Position numbers and translations under genes: made by a program
The notes under the pieces: generated by a model
Seen by the model: the letters and a program-made list of their open reading frames with translations, nothing else
The model's database searches: none
Told to the model about the DNA's origin: nothing
In this document: positions 1 to 14,943 of the stretch, one piece after another
Numbering within the stretch: the stretch's first letter is position 1
How the letters are laid out: every line of letters starts with the position of its first letter
Assembly (NCBI RefSeq): GCF_009914755.1
Contig: NC_060947.1
Strand: one strand, 5' to 3'
DNA: 64,000 nucleotides
Source of the DNA: the human T2T-CHM13v2.0 reference genome, Homo sapiens

Positions 1-3000
1 GATCTTGCCACCCAACCTGTTACCACCATCACAGCAGTCACCCACCCACACCACACACACCATGTGCAGACCTGTGGACTGACTAGCCTAGCCCATCACA
101 GACAACACCAACACTAGCGTGAATGTCTAGTGAGACAAGGGATTGTCCCACCACAGTTATTGTCATCAGTCATGCCACAACTACTTTCCAGTTGCCTGAG
201 GACCCACCCACCTGTACAGCCTAACACTGTTAATACTACCACTTTAGCAGGCTGCATGGAGGCCCCAAAATTCACATGCCTGGACTCACTAGCACCAATG
301 TCAGACTACGTCTTCCTGGAAACCAAACACAGGCACATGGAACATGCCGATGCCACCACTGGGGCCCAAGGCCTAGCCCACCTGATGTCCCCATTATTAG
401 CAAAATTTTATCACAGCCTCCATTAACATCTGAACCCTAAAGCACTAAGAAAATAAAAGCCATTTCTGACACTGTTTATAGCTGAATAAATCATATGGAT
501 ACTGCACTATTGAATGCACCCAGAACTAAAGCCAAAATGTTCTCCTGAACCTACACCTCCAACATGTCTTCAGAAAAAAAATTCCTCCACTTCAAAAACA
601 AACTCAATAAATACAAGAACCAAATGTTATTCCAGATACACAGATGTCAATGTGGGAACCCAGGAGATATTAAAAAGCAAGAAAATTTGACACCTCCAAA
701 TAAACAATAATTATCCAGTAAAAGATTCCATTGAAAAAGAAATTTATAAAATCTCAGAAAAAGACTTCATAATAATTATATTAAAGAAGCTCAATTAAAT
801 TCAAAATGACTGACATAAACAGTACACATAAATCAGAACAAATTCAGGGGGTGCATAATAAATTTACCAAAGACGTAGATATAATAAAAAAGAACCAAAC
901 AGAAACTCTGAAAATGAAGAATTTATTGAAAAAAACACAAAACACATTTGAAAGCCTTAACAATGGACTATACTGAAGAGCAATAAAGAATTTCAAAACT
1001 CGAAGACAGGTCTTTTGAAATAACTCAGACAAAAATGAAGACAAAATAATTTTTTAAAAATGAACAGTCTACATGACACATAGGATACCATAAGGCAGCC
1101 AAATATTCAAATTTCAGTGTCCCAGTAGGTAAGGGGTAAAATAAAGAGATACAAAATATATTTAACAAATTAATAGCTAAAATTTTCTCAATTCTAGCAA
1201 AAAATCTAGATATATAGATACAAGGGACTCAAAAATTCCCAAAGAGATAAACGCAAAAAAGTCTTCTCTACAGAACGGTTAAGAGTCAAACTGTCAAAAA
1301 TTATAAACAAAGAGAGAAATTTAAAAACGGCAAGAGAAAAGCATCTAGTCATTTACAAGATAATTCCCATCAGGCTAACAGTGGATTTCTCAGCAGATAC
1401 CTTACAGGCCAGAAGAGAATGAGATGATATATTCAAAGTGTTGAAAGAAAAAAGAAATTCCAGCCAATGATACTATACCTAGAAAAGTTAACTTACATAA
1501 ATACAGGAAAAATAAATTCTTCCCAAGACAAGCAAAATCTGAGGTAATTCATAACCACTATTCCTGCCCTACCAGAAATGCTTAAAAAAAAATCTACACA
1601 ACTAAAATTGAAAGGATGATTTCTACCACCATGAAAATACACAATAGTATAAAAAATATTGTAATGGAAACAAACAAATGAGGAAAAGTAAGGGCTCAAA
1701 TTTTATCCCCCCACACACAAAAAATATAAAACCACCATGATAAACAACAAGAATGAAAGAAAGGAAAAAGGATTATAAAATAACCAAAAATCAAATGATA
1801 AAATGACAGGAATAAGATCTCATACATGACTAATAACCTTGGATGTAAATGGATTAAATTTTTAGTTTAAAAAATAAAGACTAGCTAAGTGGATAAATAT
1901 ACAAGACCTAAATAAACACTGCTTATAAGAAACTCTTCTCAACTCTAAAGAGACATATAGACTAAAAGTAAGGGAGTATAAAAAGATATTACATGTGAAC
2001 GGAAATGGAAAGTGAGCAGAGGTATCAATATTTACATCAGATAAAACACACTTTAGCTTTTAAAAAATGACAAGAGACCAGGAAGGTCATTATATTATCA
2101 TAAAACGATCAATTTAGCAGGAAAATATAACATCTCTAAATATATATGTACCCAACACTGAAGCACCCAGGAATATTGAGCAAATATTATTAGATTTAAA
2201 GAGGGATAGACTCCAACACAATAATAATTGGGGGCCTAAACAGCCCACTCTCAATATTAGATAGATCATCTGAGGGTAAAATTAATAAAGAAACATTTAT
2301 TATGAACATACTTTAGGCCAAATGGGTCTAAGAGATATTTACAGAACATGTCACAAAATAGCAATGAACACTTACATCACGAAGGTAGTAAGACTTCAAT
2401 AAACAGTCTAATAATATACCTCAAGGAACTAGGAAAGTAAGAACAAACCAAACCCCAAATTAGTAGTTGAAGAAAGTTATAAAGATCTGGGTAGAATTAA
2501 ATAAAATAGAGACTTAAAAATAATAAAATGATTAATTAAATGAAGAGTTTTTTCTTAGAAAACAATAAACAAAATAATAAACTTACAGTGAGACTAACCA
2601 AGATAAAGAGATGACCCAAATAAATAAAATGAGAGAATCACATACAACCTACCAACATTAAGTCAGGAAGGCATAGAATACCTGAAAATACCAATAACAA
2701 GTAATGAGAGTGAATCAATTAAAAAAAAGTGTCCCAAAAAAGAAAAGTCCAGGATCAGATGGCTTCACTGACAAATTGTACAAACCTACAAAGAGTAACT
2801 AACACCAGTTCTCCTCAATGTATTAGAAAAAGGGAAGAACAAGAAATTATACTTAACTCATTCTGTGAGGTCAGCATTACCCTGATAACCAAACTAGGCA
2901 AGGTTACAGCAATAAAAGATAGCTACAGACCAATATCCTAATGAACATAGACACAAAAGTCCATCAGTACATAATAAAGACAATAGACATGATCAAATAG

Positions 3001-5440
3001 ATTTATTCCAGAAGAGGAAGGACAGTTCAACATATGCAAAACAATAAACATAATATATCATTTAAACATAATGTAGGACAGAAACCATATGGTCATCTCA
3101 ATACATGCAGAAAAGTTATTTGACAAAATTCAACATTTTGCTTTGATACACTCTCAACAAACTAGGCATAGAAGAAACATACCTCAATATAATAAATGCT
3201 ATATATGACCCAACAGCAAGTAGCATAATTCTGAACAGAGAGAAGCTTTTCTCTAAGAAGTGGAACAAGACAAGGATGCCCACTTTCACCACACCTATTC
3301 AACATAGTACTGGAAATCCTAGCCAAAACAATCAATCTAGAGAAGGAAATAAAAGGCATCCAATTTGGAAAAAAAAAGGAAGTGAAAATGTCATGTCATC
3401 TTTGATGACATGATTTTATATTTAGAAAAAACTAATTACTTCAACAAGAAACTCTTATATATGATTTTTAAAAATTTAGTTAAGTTGCAGGATAAAAAAT
3501 CAACATAAAAAAATTAGTAGTGTTTCTAAACACCAATAATGAACTACCAGAGAAAGAAATCAAGAAAGCCATGTCATTTACAATATGTACAAAAAATTCC
3601 AAATAATTATAACCAAGGTGGTGAAAGATCTCTAAAATGAAATCTACAAAACACTGATGAAAGAAATTGAAGAAGAGACAAACAAATGGAACGACATCCT
3701 ATGCTCATTGATGGAAAGAATTAACATCATTAAAATGACCATACTACCCAAAGCAATCTACACATTCCATGCAATCTCTATCAAATTACCAATGTCATTT
3801 TTTCACAGATATAACAAAAATGATCCTAAAATGTCTATGGAACAAAAGAAGAGCCTGAATACCCAAAGCAATCTTGAGCAAAAATAACAAAGCTGGAGGC
3901 ATCATACTACCTGACTTCAAAATATATTACAAGTCTAGGTAACAAAAACATCAAGGCATTGGTATGAACACAAAAACATAAACCAGTGGAACAGAAAACA
4001 GAATACAGATATAAATCCACATATTTCCAGACAGTTGAATTTTGACAAAGACAACAAGAATATACATTGGGGAAAGGACACCCTGTACAATAAACAATGC
4101 TGAAAAAAGTGGATAACCATATGCAGAAAAATAAACGTGGACCCTTTTCTTTTATTATATACAAAAAGTAATCCAAGATTGATTAAAGACTTAAACATGA
4201 AACCTGAAACTATAAAACTACCAGAAGGAAACACTTCAGGACATTGGTTTAGGCAAAGATTTTATGGCCATGAACTCGAAAGCACAGGCAACAAAAACCA
4301 AAGTAGACTAATGGGACTCTATTAAACTAAAAAGCTTCTATACAAATAAAGTAAATAAACAACACAGTAAAGAGACAACCTGTGAAATGATAGAAATTTT
4401 TACAAACTATTCATCTGACATGGGACTAATATTCAGAATATATAAGGAACTCAAACAACTAAACAGTATGAAAAATAAATAAATAATCTCATTAAAATGT
4501 GAGTAAAACACATGAATAGACATTTATAAAAAGACATACAAACAGCCAACAGGTATATAAAAAATGCTCAACATTACTAATCACCAGAGAAATGCAAATC
4601 AAGACCACAGTGAGAGATCACGTTACCCCAATCATAATGGCTATTATTGAAAAGACAATAACATAGATTGGCAGAATGTGGGAAACAGGAAACTCATGTT
4701 CTGTTTGTGAGAATGTAAGTTAGTACAGCCACTATGGAAAACAATATGGAAAGTTTTCAAAAAACTGAAAATAGAACTATCATATTATTCAGCATTCCCA
4801 CTACTGATATTTATCCAAAGGAAAAACAATCAGCATATCAAAAACATACCTGCATCCTCATTTCATTACAGCACTATTCACAATAGGCAAGCTATGAATC
4901 AATCTAAGTATCCATTGGCAGATGAATATATAAAGAAAATGTGGTATATACACAGGATGAAATACTATTCAGCAGTGAAAAACAATGGAATCATGTCATT
5001 TAAAGCAACATGGAAGGAAATGGGGGTCATTTTGTTAAGTGTAATAATACAAGTATGGAAAGACAACTATTCTAACTCACAATGTAGGAGCTACAATAGT
5101 TGATCTCATGGAAGGAGACAGTAGACATATAGATTCCAGAGACTGGAAAGGGTATATAGGTGGAGGTAATGAAGAGAGGTGGGTTATTGTGTACAAACAT
5201 ACAGTTAGATAAAAGAAATAAGTTCCACAGCAGAGTAGAGTGACTATAGTTAGGAACAATGTATTATATGTTTCACAGTAGCTACAACAGAGAACTTGAA
5301 ATGTTCCCAATATATAAAAATGATAAGTACTTGAGTTAATGGATATCCCAAATACCCTGCTCATTTCACATTTTATGCAGATAACAAAATATTACATATA
5401 TTTATACATATGTACAAATGTTATGTATCAATAAAAATAA
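1..5440 (+). mobile_element. Old near-full-length LINE-1 (L1MA4/5-like 3' end), degraded
   Basis: C-rich 5'UTR (1-620), ORF1-like A-rich region, ORF2 start near 1803 (atgacaggaataagatctcat...aatggattaaa), ORF2 peptides ([27 protein letters not shown]; KKMWYIHRMKYYSA), L1MA-type 3'UTR ending aataaaaataa at about 5440. Many stops and internal deletions. Confidence 0.93.
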
Positions 5441-5760
5441 GTCATGCTTTATTTAATTTTCTTCCCAACAAAAGTGTTTCCAAATTTTCATTTCACTGTA
5501 TCCTTCTCATCACTAGGAATATCACTAAAACATGTTACTAATTTGATTTAAAAGCACCATTTTATTATTTCAAAAATATATAATTCTTAGGTTGGGCATT
5601 TTATAAGTTTACAGGTCATCAAATTTAAAATTTTTTTTAAATTACAATAAATAAACACTGGCTCACATTTTTTACTTAAAGTAATTCCATTATTTAAGTT
5701 TTTAATTTTCTTTTAACATTAAGTAGTACAAGTGGTGTGTTGTAGAAAATAGGCTTAATA

Positions 5761-7726
<1,966 letters not shown>

Positions 7727-8480
7727 AGAAAATGGGCTTAATAATTGAATTATTATAGTTTTTAATACTTGTTGAGTGCTACAAATTTTAGGCATAATAT
7801 TTAAACCAATTTTAAAGACAGCAAATCTGTAGTGAAGAAACTACGCAAATATACCATGGAACAAATAATTATCTCATTAAATGACTGAAGTTTTATGCCT
7901 TCAACATGATAGACTGTGATCTAAGCAGAAAAGCATACTTTAGAGTTTGAATTTTCTTATTCTCTATCTTCCGCCCATTCCTTCTTTCTGTTTATGTTCT
8001 TTAATCATATACAAAATAACCCATACCTTTAGAATTATTTCTAATAATAAAAACGCTTAGTATCTACCACAACTTATGTGATGCTCTCCTTTTTTGCTCT
8101 GTTTCTTGTTCCTTTTATTTCCATAACTATGTTGCACCTGTCTTTTGACAGTAATTTGCGTTGCAGGAGGTAAGGGTCAATATTGGTTCCTTGTGCCAGA
8201 CTACATATGGGGTGGATTTAGACATATTGTTATATGACAGAATTTTAAGAATATGTGTTAGAAAACAAGATGGCAGCTCTGATCTGTCACTGTCTGTCTT
8301 AGATTGGGCTGCTGTAACAGAGTGCTATAGACTGAGTGACTTATAAACAACTGAAAGTTATTTCTTACAGTCTTGGAGGTGGGAGGTCTGAGATCAGTGT
8401 ACTGTCATGGTTGCGTTTTGGTGAGGGTCCTCTTCCTGGTTCACAGATTATTGCAGTGTTCTCAAATGTCAGAAAGATGG

Positions 8481-8661
8481 GTTGATGAGTGCAGCAAACC
8501 ACCATGGGACGTGTATACCTCTGTGACAAACCTGTACCTTCTGCATGTGTATCCCAGAACTTAAAGTATAATTTGAAAAAAGAAAAGAAAGAAAGAAAGA
8601 GAGAGAGAAAGAAAGAAAAAGAAAGAAAGAAAGAGAAAGGAAAGAAAGAAAGAAAGAAGGA

Positions 8662-8721
<60 letters not shown>

Positions 8722-8813
8722 AAAGAAAGAAAGAAAGAGAAAGAGAGAAAGAAAGAAGGGGATGGGAGGGGAGGGGGCGGGGGAAGGGGAGGGAGGGGAA
8801 AGGAAGGGAAGGG
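8481..8813 (+). mobile_element. Very short L1PA (L1PA7-10-like) 3' end with microsatellite tail
   Basis: gttgatgagtgcagcaaaccaccatgg...cccagaacttaaagtataat followed by purine repeats. Candidate TSD agaaag(a/t)tgg at 8471-8480 and 8814-8823. Confidence 0.88.
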
Positions 8814-8819
8814 AGAAAG
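8576..8819 (+). repeat. (GAAA)n microsatellite grading into GGGA/GGAA purine tract
   Basis: Directly visible; about 245 nt almost purely purine. Confidence 0.98.
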
Positions 8820-9059
8820 TTGGAGAGCTCTTGGGATTATCTTTTATAAGGGAACTAATCACGTGCTTGGGGTCTTTACCATTATGACCTAAGTCACCCC
8901 ACATAGTCTCTGTTTTGTAGTACCACCACATCAGAGGTTAGAATTTTGACATACAAATTTTGGGGAACACCAACATTGAGTCCAAAATACTGCCTCTGTG
9001 ATATCTCAGAAATAATACTACCATGCAATGAGTAAACATACATAATTTTTGTATTACAT

Positions 9060-9165
9060 TCCTTGACAATCCAGCTTGTGAGATGTTAATATCTCCATCG
9101 ACAGGTGGAAGAAACTGTGAAACAGAAATGTTATCATGGCCAATGTCAAAAGGCTAAATGGGGTA
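9060..9165. mobile_element. MIR fragment
   Basis: atctccatcgacaggtggaagaaactgtgaaacaga resembles the MIR core (atccccattttacagatgaggaaactgaggc). Confidence 0.5.
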
Positions 9166-9692
9166 TCACAAAAAATCTTATGCTTTTTCACCTTAACATG
9201 TTACTTTACTTTTTTGTTGTAAGAAATTTTTTTCTATTTACTAATACAAAGAGGTACAAAGAAAAGAAAACTATAATTTTGTCATCAACACAACTTCTGT
9301 GGTTTAAAAATTCAATAGATACATGGTTACAAAATATATTCAAAACATCGTGTTGTACTTCATAAATATATACAATGAAAAAGAAAAAACAGAATTTAAC
9401 AACAAAAACAAAAGTATTAGTACATTTTCTACTCTTTAATCCCATATTCAAAGGTAAACACAGCTGTTAAGAATTTCTCATATTTGTTTTCAGAAAAAAT
9501 GCATATACCAGCATCTATCTTTATTTTCTTTTGTACCTGTAGTAATAGATTCATAATCTAAATATTATGTTTCAGATTGCTTGTTTCAATCTATATCTTG
9601 GAGCTTATTCCATGACAACACATATAAATTTACTCCATTTCATTGTATGCATATACCATATACTATTCAACTAATTATTAATAATATTTTTT

Positions 9693-9853
9693 GACCAGGC
9701 GTGGTGGCCCACACCTGTAATCCCAGCTACTCAGGAGGCTGAAGCAGGAGAATCACTTGAGCCCAGGAGGCGGGGGTTGCCGTGAGCTGAGATCATGCCA
9801 CTGCACTCCAGCCTGGGTGACAGAGAGAGACTCTGCCTCAAAATAATAATAAT
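9693..9853 (+). mobile_element. Alu right monomer (FRAM or 5'-truncated Alu) with (AAT)n tail
   Basis: gaccaggcgtggtggcccacacctgtaatcccagctactcaggaggctgaagcaggagaatcacttgagccc...gactctgcctcaaaataataat. Confidence 0.93.
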
Positions 9854-10228
9854 TATTATATTTTTCATTTTCTTAGGATGATAAACAATTGCTACAATGA
9901 CCATCTTTAAAAGTGTAACTTAGGGAGATTGAGTGATTGCATTCATATTTTACAGTGCTATCATTGAAATATCTTGTTTAAAGACAATTATCATTAAGAA
10001 AGTTTGTACTGGTTTATACTTTTATAATCAACAAAATCTTAAAATTATTCAACAACACTAGTAAAACTAGAATCACACTATCTTTTGATTTTAAAAATTA
10101 TGACTGAATTTGAACATATTTTGGTACGTTCATTAGCTACTTACCTGACTTTTTGTTTAAACCATCCCTATGCTTTGACCATTTTAAACTGAAATTTTCA
10201 TAATTTGATCTCTAATTTGTTAGCACAA

Positions 10229-11370
10229 TTTTTACTTTATTTTGAGATAATCGAGATTTGTATGCTGTTAAATAATGTAGCAGGATGAATCGCAGACAAA
10301 ACTCCTCAGACACCGGATTAAAGAAGGAAGAGGTTTTTTTATTCAGCCGGGAGCGTCTGCAGACTCGTGTCTTAAGAGCCGAGCTCCCCGAAAAAAAAAT
10401 TCCTAGACCTTTTAAGGGCTTACAACTCTAAGGGGTCTACGTGAAAGAGTCATAATAGATCAAGTAAGCGTGAGGAACGTGACTGGGGGCTACATACACC
10501 AGCTAACACAACAAAAAGTTTTACAGTGCTTTCTCATACAATGTCTGGAATTTACAGATAACACCAGTAGTTTTGGTCAGGGGTTAATATTATTATTATT
10601 TTAACCACCAGGGCCAGGTGGTGGTGCCAAGGTCGTCTAGCTATTTATCTTACTTCTGTTTCTTTCCAACTTTTTGCTTTCTCCCTTTTCTCCTGTCTTA
10701 TAAACTAGGGAAAAGGGGAGGTTGGGGAGAAACTGGGAAGGACAACAGGAGAAGTGGTGGTCTCATACCATAATAATACAAAAATTAATTCTATATACTC
10801 TTCACCCAGTTGCCCATATTAGTAGCTGTATAACTATAGCATGATGTACCAACCAGATTATGGACACTGATACAATCCAATGGCCTTAGTCAGATTTAGG
10901 CAGTTTTACATGCACTTATATATGTGTCTCCTATGCAACTTATCACATACATAGATTTGTGTGGCCAACACCACAATCACAATCCGGAAAAATCTGTCAC
11001 CACAATATCCCTCATGTTCTCTTATAATGTCACACAATTCCCTCCCCAGTACTCACTCATCCCTAATCCCTGGAAACCACTAATCTGTTCTCTATTTCTA
11101 TAATTGTGCCATTTAAATAATGTTATATAAATGGAATCATAAAGTATTTAGCCTTTGGGGTTTGGCTTTTTCCCCCAGCATAATTTCCTAGAGATTTACC
11201 CAAGTTGTTGCCTGTATCAATACTTTACTTTTATTGCTAATTAAGCAGTATTCAATGGTATGGATGTATCACAGTTTTTTTATCCATTCATTTGCTTTAG
11301 GACATCTAGGTTGTTTCTAATTTTTGGCTTTATTTAATGAATCTGGTATGAACATGTATGTAAAGATTTT
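10229..11370 (-). mobile_element. Old L1 3'UTR fragment (L1MC/L1MB-like), split by LTR15
   Basis: Antisense L1M 3' motifs: aaccactaatctgttctctatttctataatt, tatataaatggaatcat, gagatttacccaagttgttgc. Confidence 0.8.
10276..10772 (-). mobile_element. Solo ERV1 LTR, LTR15-like
   Basis: About 497 bp, + strand begins tgtagcagg, minus strand begins tatggtatgagaccaccacttctcc; minus-strand AATAAA near 10340; 4-bp TSD ataa (10272-10275, 10773-10776). Confidence 0.85.
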
Positions 11371-11407
11371 CTCTTCTTCCTTTGTTGCAATACCTCTGAC
11401 CAGGTAT

Positions 11408-11733
11408 TGGGGAAGCTGAGGTTTGGCACCATTGCCTAGGGCAGGGTTGGTCTGTATTTTGCCTGAGAGGAATGATTTACCCTGTTAGTACCTGTGCCTG
11501 CTTTGTTATTTCAACTGTAGGTTGACATGCTCCAACAGCATTGTGGAATTGGCACACATCTACTCTGAGGTGACCAATGTTTTCAACTGTTGGATCTGCC
11601 CTACCCTTCCAGCAACACCCGTGGATGGCTTGCCCTGGCACATACATCCAGCTTCTGTGGAAAACTGAACATGGTTAGAGATTTGGAGTCCCATGGCCAA
11701 CGTTTGGAATGTGATACAGCAAGCTTTCGATAG
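11408..11733 (+). pseudogene. env: Inverted HERV-S pol end plus env SU N-terminus
   Basis: Plus frame from 11531 reads SNSIVELAHIYSEVTNVFNCWICPTLPATPVDGLPWHIHPASVEN*TWLEIWSPMANVW; CWIC (CXXC) at 11588-11599. Confidence 0.8.
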
Positions 11734-13895
11734 GGTACCAAACCTTCTCAGCTCCCCATGGTTCCTGTGGATCCTGTATCCATGCCAAAGTCACAGGGGA
11801 GCTCATAATAGGCCACACAGACAATATATATGTCCCCCAGAGGAGGGTTTCTTCCCTGGCCATTCCCCTACAAATGATCAATTGTGGAGGGCATATATTA
11901 AATACCCAAGGAGTGACATGTAAATAATACTGTAGGCCCTCCCCACAGGAGGCTATGATAGCCAGCTATTGGGAATGGGGGGATTGGAGGGTCCATGGCC
12001 AAAACCAGGTTTTTTGTTCTCCTGCCTTTAGTGGCATTGGGGCAGGCAACAACAGATTACCGTTCATCTCCAATACCTGGTCAGAGGAGGTCATCCTTGG
12101 CGAGTATCTAACTGGATGGGGGTGGCGACCCTGTGTGGCCTTACATTCAAGGTTTGGAGCAGCAGGATCAACCTTGAACTCCAGCCCTGCAAAGACAGGG
12201 AAGTAACATGCATGCATTACCTATTTTTCAGGAGTGCATTACATTGCTCAATCATACCAGCAGCTTGTAGGTTATATGGAACCTGGAACCTCCCCTTTAT
12301 GTCCATCCATTGTGCCCACTGTTGAACCTACTGTCCAGTAAAATGTGTTTCCCTACCACTTTCAATGGTCAGAGACAACCATATAGGGCACACAAGTGTG
12401 GCAAGGCCCGAATGGTATGTTGTTGGTCTGCCATCCTACAAGGGTAGGCAAACAACAGACTTGTGGTTGTTTTTATAGCCATCAGCACATGTGTATGCCC
12501 CAGTGACCTTGGCAGACGCCCAATGTAGTCTATTTGCCATCTAGTCAAGGGCATCCGCCCTACCGTCACTTATTGTGTAACACCAGGCAGCTGTCTCTGT
12601 CTGGGGTTTGCCTGTGTGCATGCTGGACGCTTTTGGCAGGTCTCTCAGGTATCTTGCATGGCAAGAATAGACCCCAGCATTTATTGACCTATTGCATTAG
12701 TTTACCCCCCTGCATGGCCAATTTTCTGTGCAGACATAGGGCTACATCTTGTGTAGGTGCTGACTCCAACTACTGAAACTTGGCCAAGGCATCTGCCTCA
12801 TCATTGACAGGGGCAGCCAAGGGCACATGGTCTGAAACATAATAAATAGTTACATCTTTTTGGTGGCCCATTTCCCAATTTCCCATAGGTTTTACCAAAT
12901 GGCCTGGCTCCAAATGCACCAACTAGCCAATTCAGTAACTTCCAGGTAGTTAACCGCAAGGTCAGGCCTCTATAAACTGCCCAGCTATCAGTGCAGATTA
13001 CCATAGGTGTCTCCTCCTTGTTGATCACCATCCACACTGCCCTGAGTTCAGCCCATTGACTACTTTTTCCACACCTAGTGTTAAACCATATGATATCAGT
13101 ACCAGGCTGGACCATGACAGTGGTCCAGGCAGCAGTAACATCCCAGCTGGACCCATTTGTATACCATGCTCCATCAGGAACGGGGGGGCAACGTTATTTA
13201 AATGGTGATGGTTCATGGTTTAAGAGTGGCTCAGGCTGACCCATGTCCTTATTTTGTATCAGGAGTACAGGTCCCAAGATTTCTTGTAATTCTGCTGCTA
13301 AGGGGGTCGTACTCAGGGTACTCCACTGTTCTAAGTAGGTGCCCCACTTTGCTAAGGTGGATGTCTCTGCCATCCCAGTCCAGGGTGTTGTTACCCATGA
13401 ATGTACCCACCCTGCTATTAGGTAAGTCATCCTCACGATGACTGTAGCCCATCCTGTCACACTCTCACAAGCCTGAAGGGTGGCATATGCAGCTGCTAAT
13501 TGCTTCTCTATTAATGAATACCAGAGCTCAGCTCCCTTCTAAAGTTGGGACCAAAAGCCTACCAGTGGTCTAAAGTGCTCCATTCACTGCCATAGGACCC
13601 AGTCAAAACCATCTGTGGTCTCATGCACATCGGGTTCAAATGAGCGTGCCGGATCATACGGTCTGTGCTTGCTGTATGGCCCACTTAGCTGCCAGAAAAG
13701 CCATATCAGCCTTATCCCAATGCCAGGTAGTTCCCTTTTTTGTCAATCAATACAATGGTTTTATCATCTGAGCCAAATAGGGCATGAATGTCCACCAATA
13801 TCCCAATATGCTCACCTAAGTTTGTAGTTGCCTCATCATTGTGGGCTGATATGCCTCAATTTTATGACTGATGGCCTCTGGTATGGCCTTGGTCT
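11734..13895 (-). pseudogene. pol: HERV-S pol, 3' part (RT thumb/connection, RNase H, integrase, C-terminal extension), disrupted
   Basis: ORF-track peptides TKAIPEAISHKIEAY, LAKWGTYLEQ, QWAELRAVWMVI...ICTDSWAVYRGL, WQIDYIGRLP; several stops and frameshifts. Confidence 0.9.
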
Positions 13896-14248
13896 TATTA
13901 ATGGTGGAGGGTGTCCAGGTTCTTGGCATGTTGAACAAAGAATTGGACAAAATGCACAAACAAAGCAAGGAAGGAATGAAGGGTTTCACTGAAAAGGAAA
14001 GTACACTCCACAGTCTGGGAGTGGGCCTGAGCACAGGGGCTCAAAGGCCCTGTTACAGAAGTTTTGGGAGTTTAAATACCCCCTAGAGGATTCCACTGGT
14101 TACTTGGGGTACACCCTATGTAAATGGAGAGGATGAAGTAAACTTACAAAGTTATGTCATATGCCCTATGGAGAGGATATTTCCTGTTATAGCTGAAGTG
14201 TGAATTGGCCTTATGTTCCCTGCCTCCAGACCCTATTTTCCTGACTCA
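13896..14248 (-). mobile_element. MER61A-like 3' LTR
   Basis: Minus strand begins tgagtcaggaaaatagggtctggaggcagggaacataaggcc; direct repeat of 20577-20936. Confidence 0.92.
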
Positions 14249-14943
14249 TCTGACCCCTGAGAGATGTGATCCCTATAAATCTTTATGGGAGGCAGAGGGA
14301 CTGGTGGTCTTTTTTCCCGTAACTGCTTCGTGCTGGATTGGGACACAATCCCTACCTATTGGGGATCTTGGAACTTTTGCCCCTTTCTGTCTAGTGGAGG
14401 CAGGGTAGCTTCTTGATGGCCGGGGTTGGGGGGGTGTTTCACCTGGAACTGGCTGGAACCTTTGTTGCATGATTACCTGAAGCTTGATAGCCTCTAGGTG
14501 ACGGGAAATGGATTTGGTTAAAATATTTAATAGGAACTTCAGCGGGTTGATACCAATGCTGTTAGAAATGTTTATTACAGAGATATGTAGGAGAAAAAAA
14601 CAAAACCTGGTCTGTTCTAGAATCTATGTGTTTTCTTAAAGTCTTAGCATGAGCGACTCCATTTTGCTTTAGTTTGGCTTGTTGAAGCCTAGTGTATGAG
14701 CTTAGTCCAAAACAATCGCTCCCCAGAATTTTGTTTAACAAATTTCCCTGTTTTGTTCAGGTTCTCACTTAGGTGAGATTGTGACCAAAATTTAGGGCCT
14801 TAGCGCCCTTTTCAGTTACCGTCATTTTGAGTTTTCACTCTCAGCACATTATTTATAGGTTATGGTGTCCTCATAGCTGTACATTTCTTTTAGCTCCTCT
14901 TATTCCAGTTCAAGAGAGACCATATGACATTCTAGAGATAGCT

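Larger units (their letters stand above)
8295..8990 (-). mobile_element. MaLR LTR, MLT1A-like, interrupted by a short L1
   Basis: tgtcttag...gggctgctgtaacagagtgctatagactgagtgacttataaacaac...; resumes after the L1 with cttttataagggaactaatc...aaattttggggaacacc. Confidence 0.85.

Noticed and set aside
8365-8931. 188-aa Phe/Ser/Leu-rich and 132-aa Lys/Glu/Arg-rich ORFs
   Set aside because: Both are translations of the (GAAA)n tract on opposite strands.
11531-11923. Domesticated env gene (syncytin-like)
   Set aside because: In-frame TGA at 11666, only about 70 codons of SU present, no TM, and the frame runs into antisense pol.
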